A stretch of 64,000 bases of DNA, taken from NCBI GenBank assembly GCA_944387015.1, contig CALXDH010000007.1, positions 3,060 to 67,059 on the forward strand, given 5' to 3'. Source of the DNA: an uncultured Oscillospiraceae bacterium. Lineage in GTDB: Bacteria; Bacillota; Clostridia; Oscillospirales; Oscillospiraceae. The notes under the pieces are model-generated. The model saw nothing but the letters and a program-made list of their open reading frames with translations, did no database searches and had not been told where the DNA came from. Positions 27,975 through 37,783 of the stretch are shown here, piece by piece (the first letter of the stretch is position 1; the number at the start of each line of letters is the position of its first letter). The translations under genes were made by a program, and so were the position numbers.

Positions 27975-30569
27975 TTGGAGCACGGAAAACGGGAAACCCC
28001 GTCTGAACGGACGCCGCGGCGCCGGGAACCCCGGAAAAAGAAACGTACGGGAGGAAACGGCCGCTGGTCGGTGAAGTTCATCGTCGGAACGGTGGTGCTG
28101 ATCTGCTTTTGCACGGCCCTGATGATGGCGGGCATTTTCATGATGTATGTAAAAACCACCCTGGCACCGGCACTGGATGTCCGGGCGGAGGATTACATCA
28201 ACAACATGAGCCAAAGCTCCATCATTTATTATCAGGATCAGGACAGCGGCGAGTGGAAGGAATATCAGACCGTTCACGCTACGGAGAACCGCATCTGGGC
28301 GGATTTTGAGGACATGCCCGACGCGCTGTGGCAGGCCGCCGTGGCTATCGAGGACGAGCGGTTTTTCTCCCACCACGGCGTGGACTGGATGCGGACGGTC
28401 AAGGCCACGCTGAACATGTTCACCAACAATGATACCTTCGGCGGATCCACCATCACCCAGCAGGTGATCCGCAACATGACCCAGGACAACAAGTCCACTG
28501 TCAACCGGAAGGTCCGGGAGATCTTCCGGGCGCTGGAATTTGAAAAGCACTATACCAAAACCGACATCCTGGAGATGTACCTCAACCTCATCTACCTGGG
28601 GAAGAGCTGCTATGGCGTCCAGACGGCGGCGGAGTACTACTTTGGCAAGCACCTCAGCGATCTGAGCGTGGCGGAGTGCGCCAGTTTGATCGCCATCACC
28701 AACAACCCCTCTTTGTACGGTCCCATGTCCAACATCACCATCACCCGGAATGACGGTTCCACCGTCACGCCCCGGGAGCTGAACAAGCAGCGCCAGGAAC
28801 TGATCCTGGATAAGATGACCGAGATCAAGGACCCGGAGACGGGAGAGCCCTTCCTGACGGAGGAAGAGGCCCAGGCCGCCAAGGACGAGGTGCTGCAGTT
28901 CACGGACGGCTCCACTTCTGCCGAGGATCTGGTGGAGCGGGCTACCGGCGGTACGCAGATCAACAACTGGTTTGTGGACGAGGTCATCCGGGACGTGTCC
29001 TCCGATCTGGCGGAGGAGCTGAAGATCACCGAGGACGAGGCGCTGCTGCGGGTCTACAACGGCGGCTATAACATCTATACCACCATGGACCCGGACATCC
29101 AGGCCATCGCGGAGGAGGTCTACGGCGACCGCAGCAATCTGGATGTTACTTCCCGCAATGGCCAGCAGCTCCAGTCGGGCATTACCATCATCGATCCCTC
29201 CACCGGCAACATTGTGGCCATGGTGGGTGCTGTCGGAGAGAAGGAGGGCAACCTCCTGACCAACTACGCCCGGCTGCCCCGGCAGGTGGGTTCCTCTATG
29301 AAGCCGCTGACGGCTTATGCTCCGGCGCTGGACGAGGGGACCATCACACCCGCCACCGTATTTGACAACTATCCGGTCCAGCTGCTCAACGGCAACCCCT
29401 GGCCCAAGAACTCGCCCAACACCTATACGGGACGGACAATCCTCTCCACCGGTATCGCCAAATCCATCAACACCATCGCTATCCAGGCGCTGCAGAGCGT
29501 AGGCGTGGCAGATGCGTTTGCCTTTGCCACGGAAAAGCTGAATCTGAACCTGGTGGCGGAGGATATGAACCTCTCGTCTCTGGGCCTGGGCGGTCTGACC
29601 TACGGCCTGACCACCGAGGAGATGGCAGCGGCCTACGCGGCGTTTGCCAACAGCGGCGTCTATAATTCTCCCCGGACCTATGTCCGTGTCACCAAGACCG
29701 ACAGCACCACCGGAGAGGAGACTGTGATCCTGGAGAATGAGGCGGAGAGTCATGTGGCCATGAAGGAGACCACGGCCTATCTCATGACCAAGATGCTCAA
29801 GGGCGCGGTCACCAGCGGTACCGCCACCTCTGCCAACTTCGGCGGCATGACCATCGCCGGCAAGACCGGTACCACCAGCGACAACTACGACCGCTACTTC
29901 GTGGGCTATACCCCCTATTACTGCGCAGCGGTCTGGACCGGCTACAAGTCCAACGAAAAAATCAGCTACTCCGGAAACCCGGCCATCACCATGTGGAAAA
30001 AGGTGATGCAGAAGATCCACGAGGAGCTTCCCAACAAGGACTTTGATAAGCCCTCCACCGGCCTGGAGACCATTCAGGTCTGTCTGGACAGCGGCCTGCT
30101 GCCCTCGGATGCCTGCTCTCAGGATGTCCGGGGAAGCCGGATCGTTTCCGTGGAGGTAGCCGCCGGCACCGGCCCCAAGGAGACCTGCTCCATGCACGTG
30201 CTGCGGGATTACTGCACCGAGGGCAAGTGCCTGGCCGGCGAGTTCTGCCCGGCGGATTCCGTGGTGCAGAAGGCGTTTTTGGACTATGAGCGGACGGATT
30301 ACGGCTCCGGGATCACTGCGGAGGACGATCCGTACCTGATCGTGAATCTGGAAAAGGCGGCAGAGAGCGGCTGTCCCGTCCACACCCAGGCGACGGAGGA
30401 GCCGGAGAACCCGGACGCCGCAACAGACCCCAACGACCCCAATTATATTCCGCCCACGGATGATTCCTCCGGAGAGGGAACCGAACCGGAAGAACCCTCG
30501 GATCCTGATGTAACAGAGCCCTCTGCCGGAGAGGACTGGTGGAGCGATTTCTGGGCCAGTGAACCCTGA
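27975..30569 (+). CDS. Class A penicillin-binding protein (PBP1A family)
   Basis: Transglycosylase motifs EDERF, GGSTITQQ, RKVRE and YLNLIY; transpeptidase SSMK, SIN and KTGT. TTG start after GGAGG; acidic Pro-rich tail. Confidence 0.95.
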   Translation: MEHGKRETPSERTPRRREPRKKKRTGGNGRWSVKFIVGTVVLICFCTALMMAGIFMMYVKTTLAPALDVRAEDYINNMSQSSIIYYQDQDSGEWKEYQTVHATENRIWADFEDMPDALWQAAVAIEDERFFSHHGVDWMRTVKATLNMFTNNDTFGGSTITQQVIRNMTQDNKSTVNRKVREIFRALEFEKHYTKTDILEMYLNLIYLGKSCYGVQTAAEYYFGKHLSDLSVAECASLIAITNNPSLYGPMSNITITRNDGSTVTPRELNKQRQELILDKMTEIKDPETGEPFLTEEEAQAAKDEVLQFTDGSTSAEDLVERATGGTQINNWFVDEVIRDVSSDLAEELKITEDEALLRVYNGGYNIYTTMDPDIQAIAEEVYGDRSNLDVTSRNGQQLQSGITIIDPSTGNIVAMVGAVGEKEGNLLTNYARLPRQVGSSMKPLTAYAPALDEGTITPATVFDNYPVQLLNGNPWPKNSPNTYTGRTILSTGIAKSINTIAIQALQSVGVADAFAFATEKLNLNLVAEDMNLSSLGLGGLTYGLTTEEMAAAYAAFANSGVYNSPRTYVRVTKTDSTTGEETVILENEAESHVAMKETTAYLMTKMLKGAVTSGTATSANFGGMTIAGKTGTTSDNYDRYFVGYTPYYCAAVWTGYKSNEKISYSGNPAITMWKKVMQKIHEELPNKDFDKPSTGLETIQVCLDSGLLPSDACSQDVRGSRIVSVEVAAGTGPKETCSMHVLRDYCTEGKCLAGEFCPADSVVQKAFLDYERTDYGSGITAEDDPYLIVNLEKAAESGCPVHTQATEEPENPDAATDPNDPNYIPPTDDSSGEGTEPEEPSDPDVTEPSAGEDWWSDFWASEP

Positions 30570-30587
30570 TGCGATCCCTGAAATGAG

Positions 30588-30618
30588 AAAGCACCCCGAC
30601 GTGTTCGGGGTGCTTTTT
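30588..30618 (+). terminator. Terminator of PBP1A
   Basis: AAAGCACCCCGA/TCGGGGTGCTTT followed by TTT. Confidence 0.8.
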
Positions 30619-30627
30619 TCTAAAGTG

Positions 30628-30656
30628 AAAGCCGGAGGATCTGTCCTCCGGCTTTT
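30628..30656. terminator. Second hairpin, likely terminator of the mod-mog operon
   Basis: AAAGCCGGAGGA-TCTG-TCCTCCGGCTTT. Confidence 0.7.
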
Positions 30657-30773
30657 GTGTCATTACGGCCTGACGTTGAAAACGAGAGGAGGACGATCCC
30701 TTCTTCAGGAAGCGTCCGCATTGCATCTGGCAGTGGGAAAGTTTTCCGCGCATGTGAAGGGCGCCGGGGCTGC

Positions 30774-31271
30774 TCAGTCTGCCAGCTTGGAACAGTCTGC
30801 GGGTCCGCCGGAGAGCATCTCCAGGCCATGGGCAAGGGTGGGCAGGATTGCCTCCAGATTTTCCCGAACTGCTTTGGGAGAGCCTGGGAGGTTTACAATA
30901 AGGGTCCCCTTTCGAATGCCAGCCTGAGCCCGGGAGAGCATGCCCCGGGGCGTGATCTGCATGGAAGCATAGCGCATGGCCTCTGGAATACCGGGAGTCA
31001 GCCGGTCACAGACTGCCAGCGTGGCTTCCGGGGTCACGTCTCTGGGAGAGAAGCCGGTGCCGCCGGTGGTGACCAGCAGATCCACCGGCCGCTCATCGCA
31101 CCAATGCCGCAGCGCGGCTTCGATCTCCGGCTGTTCGTCCGGTACCACGGCGGTCTCCAGAACCTGATAGCCTGCCTGACGCAGCAACTCTGCAGTCAGC
31201 GGGCCTCCTTCGTCCCGGCGCTCTCCCCGGGCACAGCGGTCACTGACCGTCAGCACAGCGGCTTTGTACAT
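30774..31271 (-). CDS. mog: MogA/MoaB family molybdopterin adenylyltransferase
   Basis: LTVSDR, RDEGG, TTGGTGFSPRDVTPEAT, LSRAQAGIR and NLPGSPKAV. Confidence 0.9.
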   Translation of the reverse strand: MYKAAVLTVSDRCARGERRDEGGPLTAELLRQAGYQVLETAVVPDEQPEIEAALRHWCDERPVDLLVTTGGTGFSPRDVTPEATLAVCDRLTPGIPEAMRYASMQITPRGMLSRAQAGIRKGTLIVNLPGSPKAVRENLEAILPTLAHGLEMLSGGPADCSKLAD

Positions 31272-31288
31272 GATTGGTTCCTCCTTTT

Positions 31289-32326
31289 TCAGTGAAGCAA
31301 TAAAATGTCCTGGGGGGCGATGGCCACGGTGATCCGGTCTTCCGGGAACCGTGTGTGTGCTGCCAGCTCCATCCGCAGCAGGGGCGCCTGAGGAGCAGAG
31401 CCTTCAGGACGCAGAAGGATCACGTCGGCAGTCTCATTCTGAATCTGCCGCACGATGGTGCAGAGAAAGGCGTTTTCCTCCCCCGGTGCGGCGGGATGAA
31501 CATGCTGGGCGCGGATCCCCACACATCGGATCTCCGGCGGCACGCTGCGGCGGCAGGAGAGGGTCAGCCCCCAGTCCGGCAGTGAGACAACATCGCCGCC
31601 GGGAACGGCGCGGATACAGGTCTGACAGCCGGACAGGCGGGCGGCCGCCTCTGTGCCGGGATTGCGGAAGAGCTCTTCCAGGCTGGTGACCGGTTGGGAA
31701 GTGCCCCGGTCTATGACGCACACCTGGGGGCAGTTGCGGAAGACTTCGCCCCGGTCATGGGATACCCATACCACTGGGCCGGAAAACTGTTCCAGTGTCT
31801 GGGCCAGCTCTACCTCCAACTGGTCCTGCAAATAGCTGTCCAGAGCGGAAAAGGGCTCATCCAGCAAAATGACCCGGGGAGCGGAGGCCAGGATCCTAGC
31901 CAGGGCGCAGCGCTGCTGCTGCCCGCCGGAGAGCTGGTCCGGCCGCAGGTCTGCCACGGATTCCAATTGGAACTGTCGGAGCTTTTCCGCTGCCACGCCT
32001 GCCCGGGCCTTTCGGTCCCGAACCGCGGCGGCGATGTTCTGCCGTACGGTCATGTTGGGGAAGAGGGCATACTGCTGAAAAAGATACCCTACCCGCCGCT
32101 GCTGGGGCGGCAGGTCGATCCCGGCGGCACTGTCATAGAGGACGACGCCGTCCAGAGTGATCTGCCCCTCGTCCGGCTTCAAAATACCGGCAATGCAGCG
32201 CAGCGTCACGGATTTGCCGCAGCCGGAGGCCCCCAGCAGCGCCAGAGGGATGCCTTGTTCTGCATCAAACTGAACTTCCAGCTGGAAGGAGCCCAGCTTC
32301 TTGCGGATGTTTACGGAAAGCGCCAT
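31289..32326 (-). CDS. modC: Molybdate ABC transporter ATP-binding protein
   Basis: GASGCGKS, VGYLFQQYALFPNMTV, LSGGQQQR and LLDEPFSALD; downstream of modB. Confidence 0.9.
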   Translation of the reverse strand: MALSVNIRKKLGSFQLEVQFDAEQGIPLALLGASGCGKSVTLRCIAGILKPDEGQITLDGVVLYDSAAGIDLPPQQRRVGYLFQQYALFPNMTVRQNIAAAVRDRKARAGVAAEKLRQFQLESVADLRPDQLSGGQQQRCALARILASAPRVILLDEPFSALDSYLQDQLEVELAQTLEQFSGPVVWVSHDRGEVFRNCPQVCVIDRGTSQPVTSLEELFRNPGTEAAARLSGCQTCIRAVPGGDVVSLPDWGLTLSCRRSVPPEIRCVGIRAQHVHPAAPGEENAFLCTIVRQIQNETADVILLRPEGSAPQAPLLRMELAAHTRFPEDRITVAIAPQDILLLH

Positions 32327-33003
32327 CACCGCACCCCCTTCCGGGTCTGCCGCTGCCGGGTCTCCAGCAGGTTTACTGCCAGCAAAAATACGGCGGAGAT
32401 GGCCACGTTCACCAGTACCCACCGGGCGGCACCGGCGTCGTCATTGGTGCGCCAGAGCTGGTAGACGGTGGTGGAAATGGTAGCCGTCCGGCCGGGTGTG
32501 TAGCCGGCGATCATGGAGGTGGCACCGTATTCCCCCAGGGCACGGGCAAACGCAAGCACGGTGCCGGCAAGGATGCCCTGCTTGCATACCGGCATCTGTA
32601 CCCGCCAAAATACCCAGGTGTTGGACCGCCCCAGCGTCCGTCCGGCGTCCGCCAGATTCTGATCGAAGCTCTCGAAGGCCCCCCGGGCGGTACGGTACAT
32701 GAGAGGAAAGGCCACCACGATGGTGGCGAAAATGGCGGACCACCAGGTCATCACCAACTTGACGTCAAAGGCTTCCAGTACCCAGGCACCCAAGGGGCGT
32801 TTGGGCCCCAGAAGCATCAGAAGAAGCCAGCCCACCACTGTGGGAGGAAGCACCAGGGGCAGCGTCAAAACCACGTCCAGCGCGCCTTTTACCAGCCGTG
32901 GGAGTTTTGCGATGTAATAGGCCGCCCAGATGCCAAGAAAAAATACGGCTGCTGTGGAGATGGCGGCGATGCGAAGGGAGTTGTAAAGGGGAAACCAGTC
33001 CAT
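32326..33003 (-). CDS. modB: Molybdate ABC transporter permease
   Basis: LPLVLPPTVVG, FPLMYRTARGAF and FARALGEYGAT. Confidence 0.93.
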   Translation of the reverse strand: MDWFPLYNSLRIAAISTAAVFFLGIWAAYYIAKLPRLVKGALDVVLTLPLVLPPTVVGWLLLMLLGPKRPLGAWVLEAFDVKLVMTWWSAIFATIVVAFPLMYRTARGAFESFDQNLADAGRTLGRSNTWVFWRVQMPVCKQGILAGTVLAFARALGEYGATSMIAGYTPGRTATISTTVYQLWRTNDDAGAARWVLVNVAISAVFLLAVNLLETRQRQTRKGVR

Positions 33004-33069
33004 ACGAGGGACCTCCTGAGAGGGAATGAAGAATGTCCCGCCGGGCATCGCCCGGCGGGACCAGGCAGA

Positions 33070-33903
33070 TCAGTTCAGCGGGGTGAAGCCCACGCTCTCG
33101 AAGACTGCACCGGCGTCAGCGGTGGTCAGGTAGTCCAGGAAGGCCTGGGCCTCGTCGGGGTGCTGGCTGGAAGCTACCACGGCTGCCGGATAGATCACCT
33201 GACCGCACATTTCGGCGGTGGCACCGTCCACGGTGGTAAGTCCCGCGGAAAAGGCATCGGTGGCGTAGATGATGCCGCAGTCCACTGCGCCTTCGCTGAC
33301 CTGGGTGGTGACCTCCTTCACGTTGGAACCGTAGGTCAGGCAGCTGGAGATGTCTGCCTCATTGAGTCCATAGTAAGTGAAAATTTTCTGGGTGTATTGC
33401 CCGACAGGGACGTCGCTGTTGCCGATGGCCAGGGCCACGTCTCCGCTTTTCAGCAGTTCCGAGAGCTGATCAAAGCTTTCGATGCCCTTGGGATTGCCCT
33501 CAGGGACCGCCAGAGCCACTTTGTTTTCCAGCAGATCCAGACGGGAGCCTTCCAGCACACCGCCGTCTTCCTCCAGTGTGTCCATCTGGGAGGCACCGGC
33601 GGAAAGGAACAGGTCGCACTCCGCACCGGCCTGGATCTGATCCAGCAAAGTACCGGAGGAGTCGTAAGTGGGGATGACAGTGACATTAGGGGCCACAGAT
33701 TTGTAGTCCTCAATAATCTCATCCAGGGTCTCCGTCAGAGAAGCTGCGGCAAAGACGATGAGTTCCACCGGTTCCGCAGAATCCTGAGCCTCAACGGTTT
33801 CGGGATCAGCAGTGCTCTGGGAGCCATCGGTGCCGGTGCTGCCGCAGGCGGTCAGTGCCAAAGCCATGGACAGGGCCAGCAGCAAGGACAGGGCCTTTTT
33901 CAT
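33070..33903 (-). CDS. modA: Molybdate ABC transporter substrate-binding lipoprotein
   Basis: Lipobox LALTAC, FAAASL, YDSSGTL, VPVGQY, NVKEV and GIIYATDA. Confidence 0.93.
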   Translation of the reverse strand: MKKALSLLLALSMALALTACGSTGTDGSQSTADPETVEAQDSAEPVELIVFAAASLTETLDEIIEDYKSVAPNVTVIPTYDSSGTLLDQIQAGAECDLFLSAGASQMDTLEEDGGVLEGSRLDLLENKVALAVPEGNPKGIESFDQLSELLKSGDVALAIGNSDVPVGQYTQKIFTYYGLNEADISSCLTYGSNVKEVTTQVSEGAVDCGIIYATDAFSAGLTTVDGATAEMCGQVIYPAAVVASSQHPDEAQAFLDYLTTADAGAVFESVGFTPLN

Positions 33904-33921
33904 GTAGAATCTTCCTTTCTG

Positions 33922-33950
33922 ATGATAATATGTTCTCTCCGCCAATGCAA
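33922..33950 (-). promoter_or_regulatory. Internal SigA promoter of modABC-mog
   Basis: TTGCAT-17 bp-TATCAT on the minus strand. Confidence 0.7.
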
Positions 33951-33967
33951 GGGCGGGATGGAACCAA

Positions 33968-33991
33968 CGTAATATTCGCTTGAGAATAACG
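33968..33991. promoter_or_regulatory. 24-bp ModE-like operator, copy 1
   Basis: CGTAATATTCGCTTGAGAATAACG. Its reverse complement matches the box at 36945-36968 at 16 of 24 positions. Confidence 0.55.
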
Positions 33992-34038
33992 GAACCGGAA
34001 GGATATGCGCCGCGATCACGGCGCATATCAAAGATGCT

Positions 34039-35058
34039 TTATTTTCCGAAGGGACATGCGGGCCAGTGGCAGGGTTTGCAGCCAAGACACAGCCCGCCCT
34101 CGCCCAGAGCCACGATCTGGGCCCGGGTCACCGGAACGTCTGCCGCCACAAAGGGCAGCACCAGATCGAAGATGGTGGCGCCGGCGTACATGACGCAGCC
34201 GGGGAGGCCCATGACGGGGGTGCCGTCGTCATAGTAGCCCAGCAGGAACATAGCGCCGGGCAGCACCGGGGCACCGTAGGTGACGATCTGCGCCCCGCTT
34301 TCCTTGATCCCGCCGGGGGTGTTGTCGTCCGGGTCCACGCTCATGCCGCCGGTGCAGAGGATCACATCGGCGCCGGTTTTCCGGGCCTCCGTTACGGCGT
34401 TCGCCACATGCTCCACCCCGTCGCCGGAGTAGGCGACGGAAATGGTCTCGATGCCGTAAGCGGCCAGCTTATCCCGGACTACTGGGGTGAAGGTATCCTG
34501 GATGAGGCCCTTTTTTACCTCGCTGCCGGTGGCCACGATCGCAGCGGTCTTGCGGACCCAGGGCTTGAGCTCCAGCAGGGGAGCAGTGCCGGCGGCATCC
34601 TCGGCGGCCTGGAGCTTTTCCTCCGGGATGATGAGGGGGATCACCCGCATGCCCGCCAGCTTGTCTCCCTTGCGGACGGCTGTGCCGCCCTTCCGGGTGG
34701 CGATCATGAGATCCTCGATGGAGTTGACGGCGATGAGCTTTTCGGAATTCACCCGGAAGAGGCCGTCGCAGGCGGCTTTCAGCTCGATCTTGCCCTCCTT
34801 GACCTCGCTGCGGTCCATGTACTCGTTTGCGCACAGCGCGCAGAGCCGCTCAGCGCCGTCGTTTTCATGAAGCATCCCCGGCGTCATCTCCCAGACATAC
34901 AGGTGCTCCTTACCCATGGAGAGCAGCACCGGGATGTCTTCCTCCGTCACCACATGGCCCTTGCGGAAGCGGGCGTCCTTGTACTGGTCCTTGATGATCT
35001 GGGTCAGGTCGTGGCAGAGCACATGGCCCACGGCCTCCTCGGTTTTGATAAGCTTCAT
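34039..35058 (-). CDS. Clostridial MoeA-like molybdopterin-binding protein
   Basis: LCHDLTQII, TGSEV, CTGGMSVDPDD, YGAPVLPGAM and GLPGC; inside the Moco operon. Confidence 0.85.
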   Translation of the reverse strand: MKLIKTEEAVGHVLCHDLTQIIKDQYKDARFRKGHVVTEEDIPVLLSMGKEHLYVWEMTPGMLHENDGAERLCALCANEYMDRSEVKEGKIELKAACDGLFRVNSEKLIAVNSIEDLMIATRKGGTAVRKGDKLAGMRVIPLIIPEEKLQAAEDAAGTAPLLELKPWVRKTAAIVATGSEVKKGLIQDTFTPVVRDKLAAYGIETISVAYSGDGVEHVANAVTEARKTGADVILCTGGMSVDPDDNTPGGIKESGAQIVTYGAPVLPGAMFLLGYYDDGTPVMGLPGCVMYAGATIFDLVLPFVAADVPVTRAQIVALGEGGLCLGCKPCHWPACPFGK

Positions 35059-35498
35059 GTTTCTGCCTCCAGAATCTCGATTTCATCGCCCGCCCGGACG
35101 GTGCCTTCTCTCACCACCACCGCGAAGATGCCCTCCGTGGGCATCACGCACTTGCCCACAGCCTTTTTGATGGCACAGTCACTGTGACACTCCTTGCCGA
35201 TCTGGGTCACCTCCACCTCGGTTTCCCCGATGCGCAGGTGAGTGCCCACCGGCAGGTTCTTGAGATCAATGCCCCTCGTGTTGATGTTCTCGGCAAAGAC
35301 CCCGGCATCCAGGGGAATGGGGCAGGCGGCACGCATGGTGTCCACGCTCTCCTCCGCCAGAAGCGAGATCTGGCGGTGCCAGTCCCCGGCGTGGGCGTCT
35401 CCCACGATGCCGTGGCGCAGCTTCAGCTGGATTTCCGGGACGGGATGCTTTTGGGTCCCTTTCTGCTCACTGATATTGACGGATACCACCGTAGCCAA
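35055..35498 (-). CDS. Stand-alone MOSC domain protein
   Basis: GIVGDAHAG, RQISLL, FAENI, TQIGKECH and MPTEGIFAVV. TTG start after AAGGAG. Confidence 0.88.
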   Translation of the reverse strand: MATVVSVNISEQKGTQKHPVPEIQLKLRHGIVGDAHAGDWHRQISLLAEESVDTMRAACPIPLDAGVFAENINTRGIDLKNLPVGTHLRIGETEVEVTQIGKECHSDCAIKKAVGKCVMPTEGIFAVVVREGTVRAGDEIEILEAET

Positions 35499-35503
35499 AT
35501 GGC

Positions 35504-35983
35504 TCACTCCTTTATTTTGTAGTCTCCGCTCTTGCCGCCGGACTTTTCCAGCAGGCGGATGTTTTCGATGCGCATGTCCTTCTGAACGGCCTTGCACATA
35601 TCATAGATGGTGAGGGCTGCCACGGAGACAGCGGTGAGGGCCTCCATCTCCACACCGGTGACCCCGGTGCAGGTGACGGCGGCCCGGATCTCCACCATGC
35701 AGGGCTCGTCCGACAACGCAAACGTGATGTCGATGCCGGTGAGGGGCAGGGGATGGCACATGGGGATCAGCTCCCAGTTGTGCTTGGCGGCCTGGATGCC
35801 GGCCACCTGGGCCACTGCCAGCACATCACCCTTTTTCATCGTGCCGTCCTTGATTTTCTGCAGGGTCTCCGGGGCCATGTGAATTTCCCCGGCGGCCACG
35901 GCGGTGCGGTGGGTGACGGCCTTGTTCGTCACATCCACCATCTTCGCCCGGCCCTGTTCATTGAAATGGGTCAGTTCGCTCAC
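35504..35983 (-). CDS. moaC: Cyclic pyranopterin monophosphate synthase
   Basis: [31 protein letters not shown] and IYDMCKAV. Confidence 0.96.
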   Translation of the reverse strand: MSELTHFNEQGRAKMVDVTNKAVTHRTAVAAGEIHMAPETLQKIKDGTMKKGDVLAVAQVAGIQAAKHNWELIPMCHPLPLTGIDITFALSDEPCMVEIRAAVTCTGVTGVEMEALTAVSVAALTIYDMCKAVQKDMRIENIRLLEKSGGKSGDYKIKE

Positions 35984-35986
35984 GGT

Positions 35987-36931
35987 TCAGCCTCCGATCT
36001 GATTCATGTTCCGGGGCGTGTCGCTCCGGCGCTCTGTCAGGTGGTGACGCTCCGGCTTTTGGAGGATCCCCTGGCGGATGGCCTCCTCCAGGTCTTTGCC
36101 ATGGAGCCCCCGCAGGTTGGATTCCTCTCGGCTGTGCAGGCAGCCTTTCAGCTTGCCGTCCGCCGTTACCCGGATGCGGCGGCACTGGGCGCAGAAGTCG
36201 TGATGTACTGGGGAAATGAGCCCCACAGTACCCATGGCACCGGGCAGCCGATACCGCCGGGCCACGCCGCAGGATTCGATTTGCTGCAAAGCGGGGACTT
36301 TTTGGAGAACGGTGTCCCCGGAAAGAAAACAGGCTTTGTCCCATTCGGCGCAGGGGCCCATGGGCATCAGCTCGATGAACCGTACCTCCCAGGGGTGCTC
36401 CCGGGTGAGGTTTATGAAATCGTCGATCTCGTCGTCATTGAAGCCGCCGATGAGGACTGTGTCCAGCTTCAAATTGTGAAAGCCCGCTGCCTCCGCCGCT
36501 TCAATCCCGGCCAGCGCATCCGAAAGATGTCCAAGCCGGGTCATCTCCGCGAACCGGTCCGGCCGCAGTGTATCCAGGCTGATGTTCAGCCGGTCCAGAC
36601 CGGCCTCCCGCAGGGGAGCAGCCAGCTGAGGGAGCAGGGCGCCGTTGGTGGTAAGACACAGTTCCTGAAGGCCCGGAATGGTCCGCAGCTGGCGGCACAG
36701 CTCCACGATTCCCCGGCGGACCAGAGGCTCTCCGCCAGTGAGGCGAATTTTCTTGACACCCAACCGGACTGCTGCCCGGGCGATGTCCGCCAGCTCCTCC
36801 AGGGAGAGGATGTCCCCGTGGTCCCGCTTGGCCACGCCCTCCGGCGGCATACAGTAGCGGCAGCGGTAATTGCAGAGATCCGTGACGCTCAGCCGCAGGT
36901 AATCGATTGTCCGTCCGCACCCATCCAGCAT
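35987..36931 (-). CDS. moaA: GTP 3',8-cyclase
   Basis: YLRLSVTDLCNYRCRYC, LTGGEP, FIELMP, FCAQCRRIR and C-terminal IGG. Confidence 0.96.
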   Translation of the reverse strand: MLDGCGRTIDYLRLSVTDLCNYRCRYCMPPEGVAKRDHGDILSLEELADIARAAVRLGVKKIRLTGGEPLVRRGIVELCRQLRTIPGLQELCLTTNGALLPQLAAPLREAGLDRLNISLDTLRPDRFAEMTRLGHLSDALAGIEAAEAAGFHNLKLDTVLIGGFNDDEIDDFINLTREHPWEVRFIELMPMGPCAEWDKACFLSGDTVLQKVPALQQIESCGVARRYRLPGAMGTVGLISPVHHDFCAQCRRIRVTADGKLKGCLHSREESNLRGLHGKDLEEAIRQGILQKPERHHLTERRSDTPRNMNQIGG

Positions 36932-36944
36932 GGCGCCCTCCGAT

Positions 36945-36968
36945 CGTGATACTCAAGTCAGGTTAACG
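36945..36968. promoter_or_regulatory. 24-bp ModE-like operator, copy 2 (moaA leader)
   Basis: CGTGATACTCAAGTCAGGTTAACG, between the moaA -10 box and its RBS. Confidence 0.55.
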
Positions 36969-36979
36969 GTACTGCTTTT

Positions 36980-37007
36980 ATTATAAAGGTTTCCCGGGAA
37001 AAGTCAA
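36980..37007 (-). promoter_or_regulatory. SigA promoter of the moaA operon
   Basis: TTGACT-16 bp-TATAAT. The spacer holds the palindrome TTTCCCGGGAAA. Confidence 0.75.
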
Positions 37008-37047
37008 GGAGAAGGGGAACGGTCAGGGCCGTGGCCGGCGGCGGTCC

Positions 37048-37077
37048 TTGACGGTTTCCGGGAGGAAGTGCTATTCT
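37048..37077 (+). promoter_or_regulatory. SigA promoter of yqeC-yqeB-selD
   Basis: TTGACG-18 bp-TATTCT with an extended TG. Confidence 0.6.
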
Positions 37078-37108
37078 ATGGAAAGAAGAACGAGAGGAGG
37101 CGGGAGCC

Positions 37109-37783
37109 ATGGAATTGGCAGCTCTGCTGGGCGTCCGTCCCGGCGTCACCGCTGTCATCGGCGGCGGCGGAAAGACCACGCTGCTGCGGACCCTGGGGGG
37201 TGAACTGGCGGCAGCGGGGGCCCGGGTGCTGCTTTGCACCACCACGAAGATCCTGCCCTTCCCGGACCTGCCCTGTGCCGTTACGGCGGCGGAGCTGGAG
37301 CGGTTGGAGCGGCGGCACCGTCTGCTGTGCGCCGGGACACCGGTGCCGGGGACGGGAAAGCTGACGGCGCCGGAGGTCCCAATGGGAGAGCTGGCCCGCC
37401 GCTTTGACTATGTACTGGCGGAGGCGGACGGCGCCGCCCACCGTCCCCTGAAGGCCCACGCTCCCCATGAACCGGTGATCCCGCCGGAGGCAAACCGGGT
37501 CCTCTGTGTGGTGGGTGCCTCCGGGTTCGGACGGTCCATCGCCCAGGCGGCCCACCGCCCGGAGCGGTACGCCCATCTTGCGGGGGTGCCGGAGACGGCG
37601 CTGGCAACGCCCCGGACAGAGGCGGCGGTGCTGGAAGCGGAGGGCTTCGGCGATCTTGTTTTTGTCAATCAGGCGGAGTCCTCCGGGGCCCTGGCGGATG
37701 CCCGGGCGCTGGCAGAGTTGCTGGAGCGGCCTGTTCTCGCAGGTAGTTTATGGAGAAGGGAGTATGTTCCATGTTGGTCGTGA
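37109..37783 (+). CDS. yqeC: Selenium-dependent hydroxylase accessory protein
   Basis: AVIGGGGKTT, LFCTTTKI-like segment, LAEADGAAHRPLKAHAPHEPVIP; adjacent to yqeB and selD. Confidence 0.9.
   Translation: MELAALLGVRPGVTAVIGGGGKTTLLRTLGGELAAAGARVLLCTTTKILPFPDLPCAVTAAELERLERRHRLLCAGTPVPGTGKLTAPEVPMGELARRFDYVLAEADGAAHRPLKAHAPHEPVIPPEANRVLCVVGASGFGRSIAQAAHRPERYAHLAGVPETALATPRTEAAVLEAEGFGDLVFVNQAESSGALADARALAELLERPVLAGSLWRREYVPCWS

Noticed and set aside
33904-34038. Possible Moco riboswitch before modA (also checked before moaA)
   Set aside because: No match to the Moco motif core. The space is explained by a stem-loop (34002-34029), a DNA palindrome and a promoter.
37771-37783. TGA ending yqeC as a possible selenocysteine codon
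   Set aside because: It overlaps the yqeB start in a normal coupling arrangement; no SECIS-like hairpin or homologous continuation is evident.
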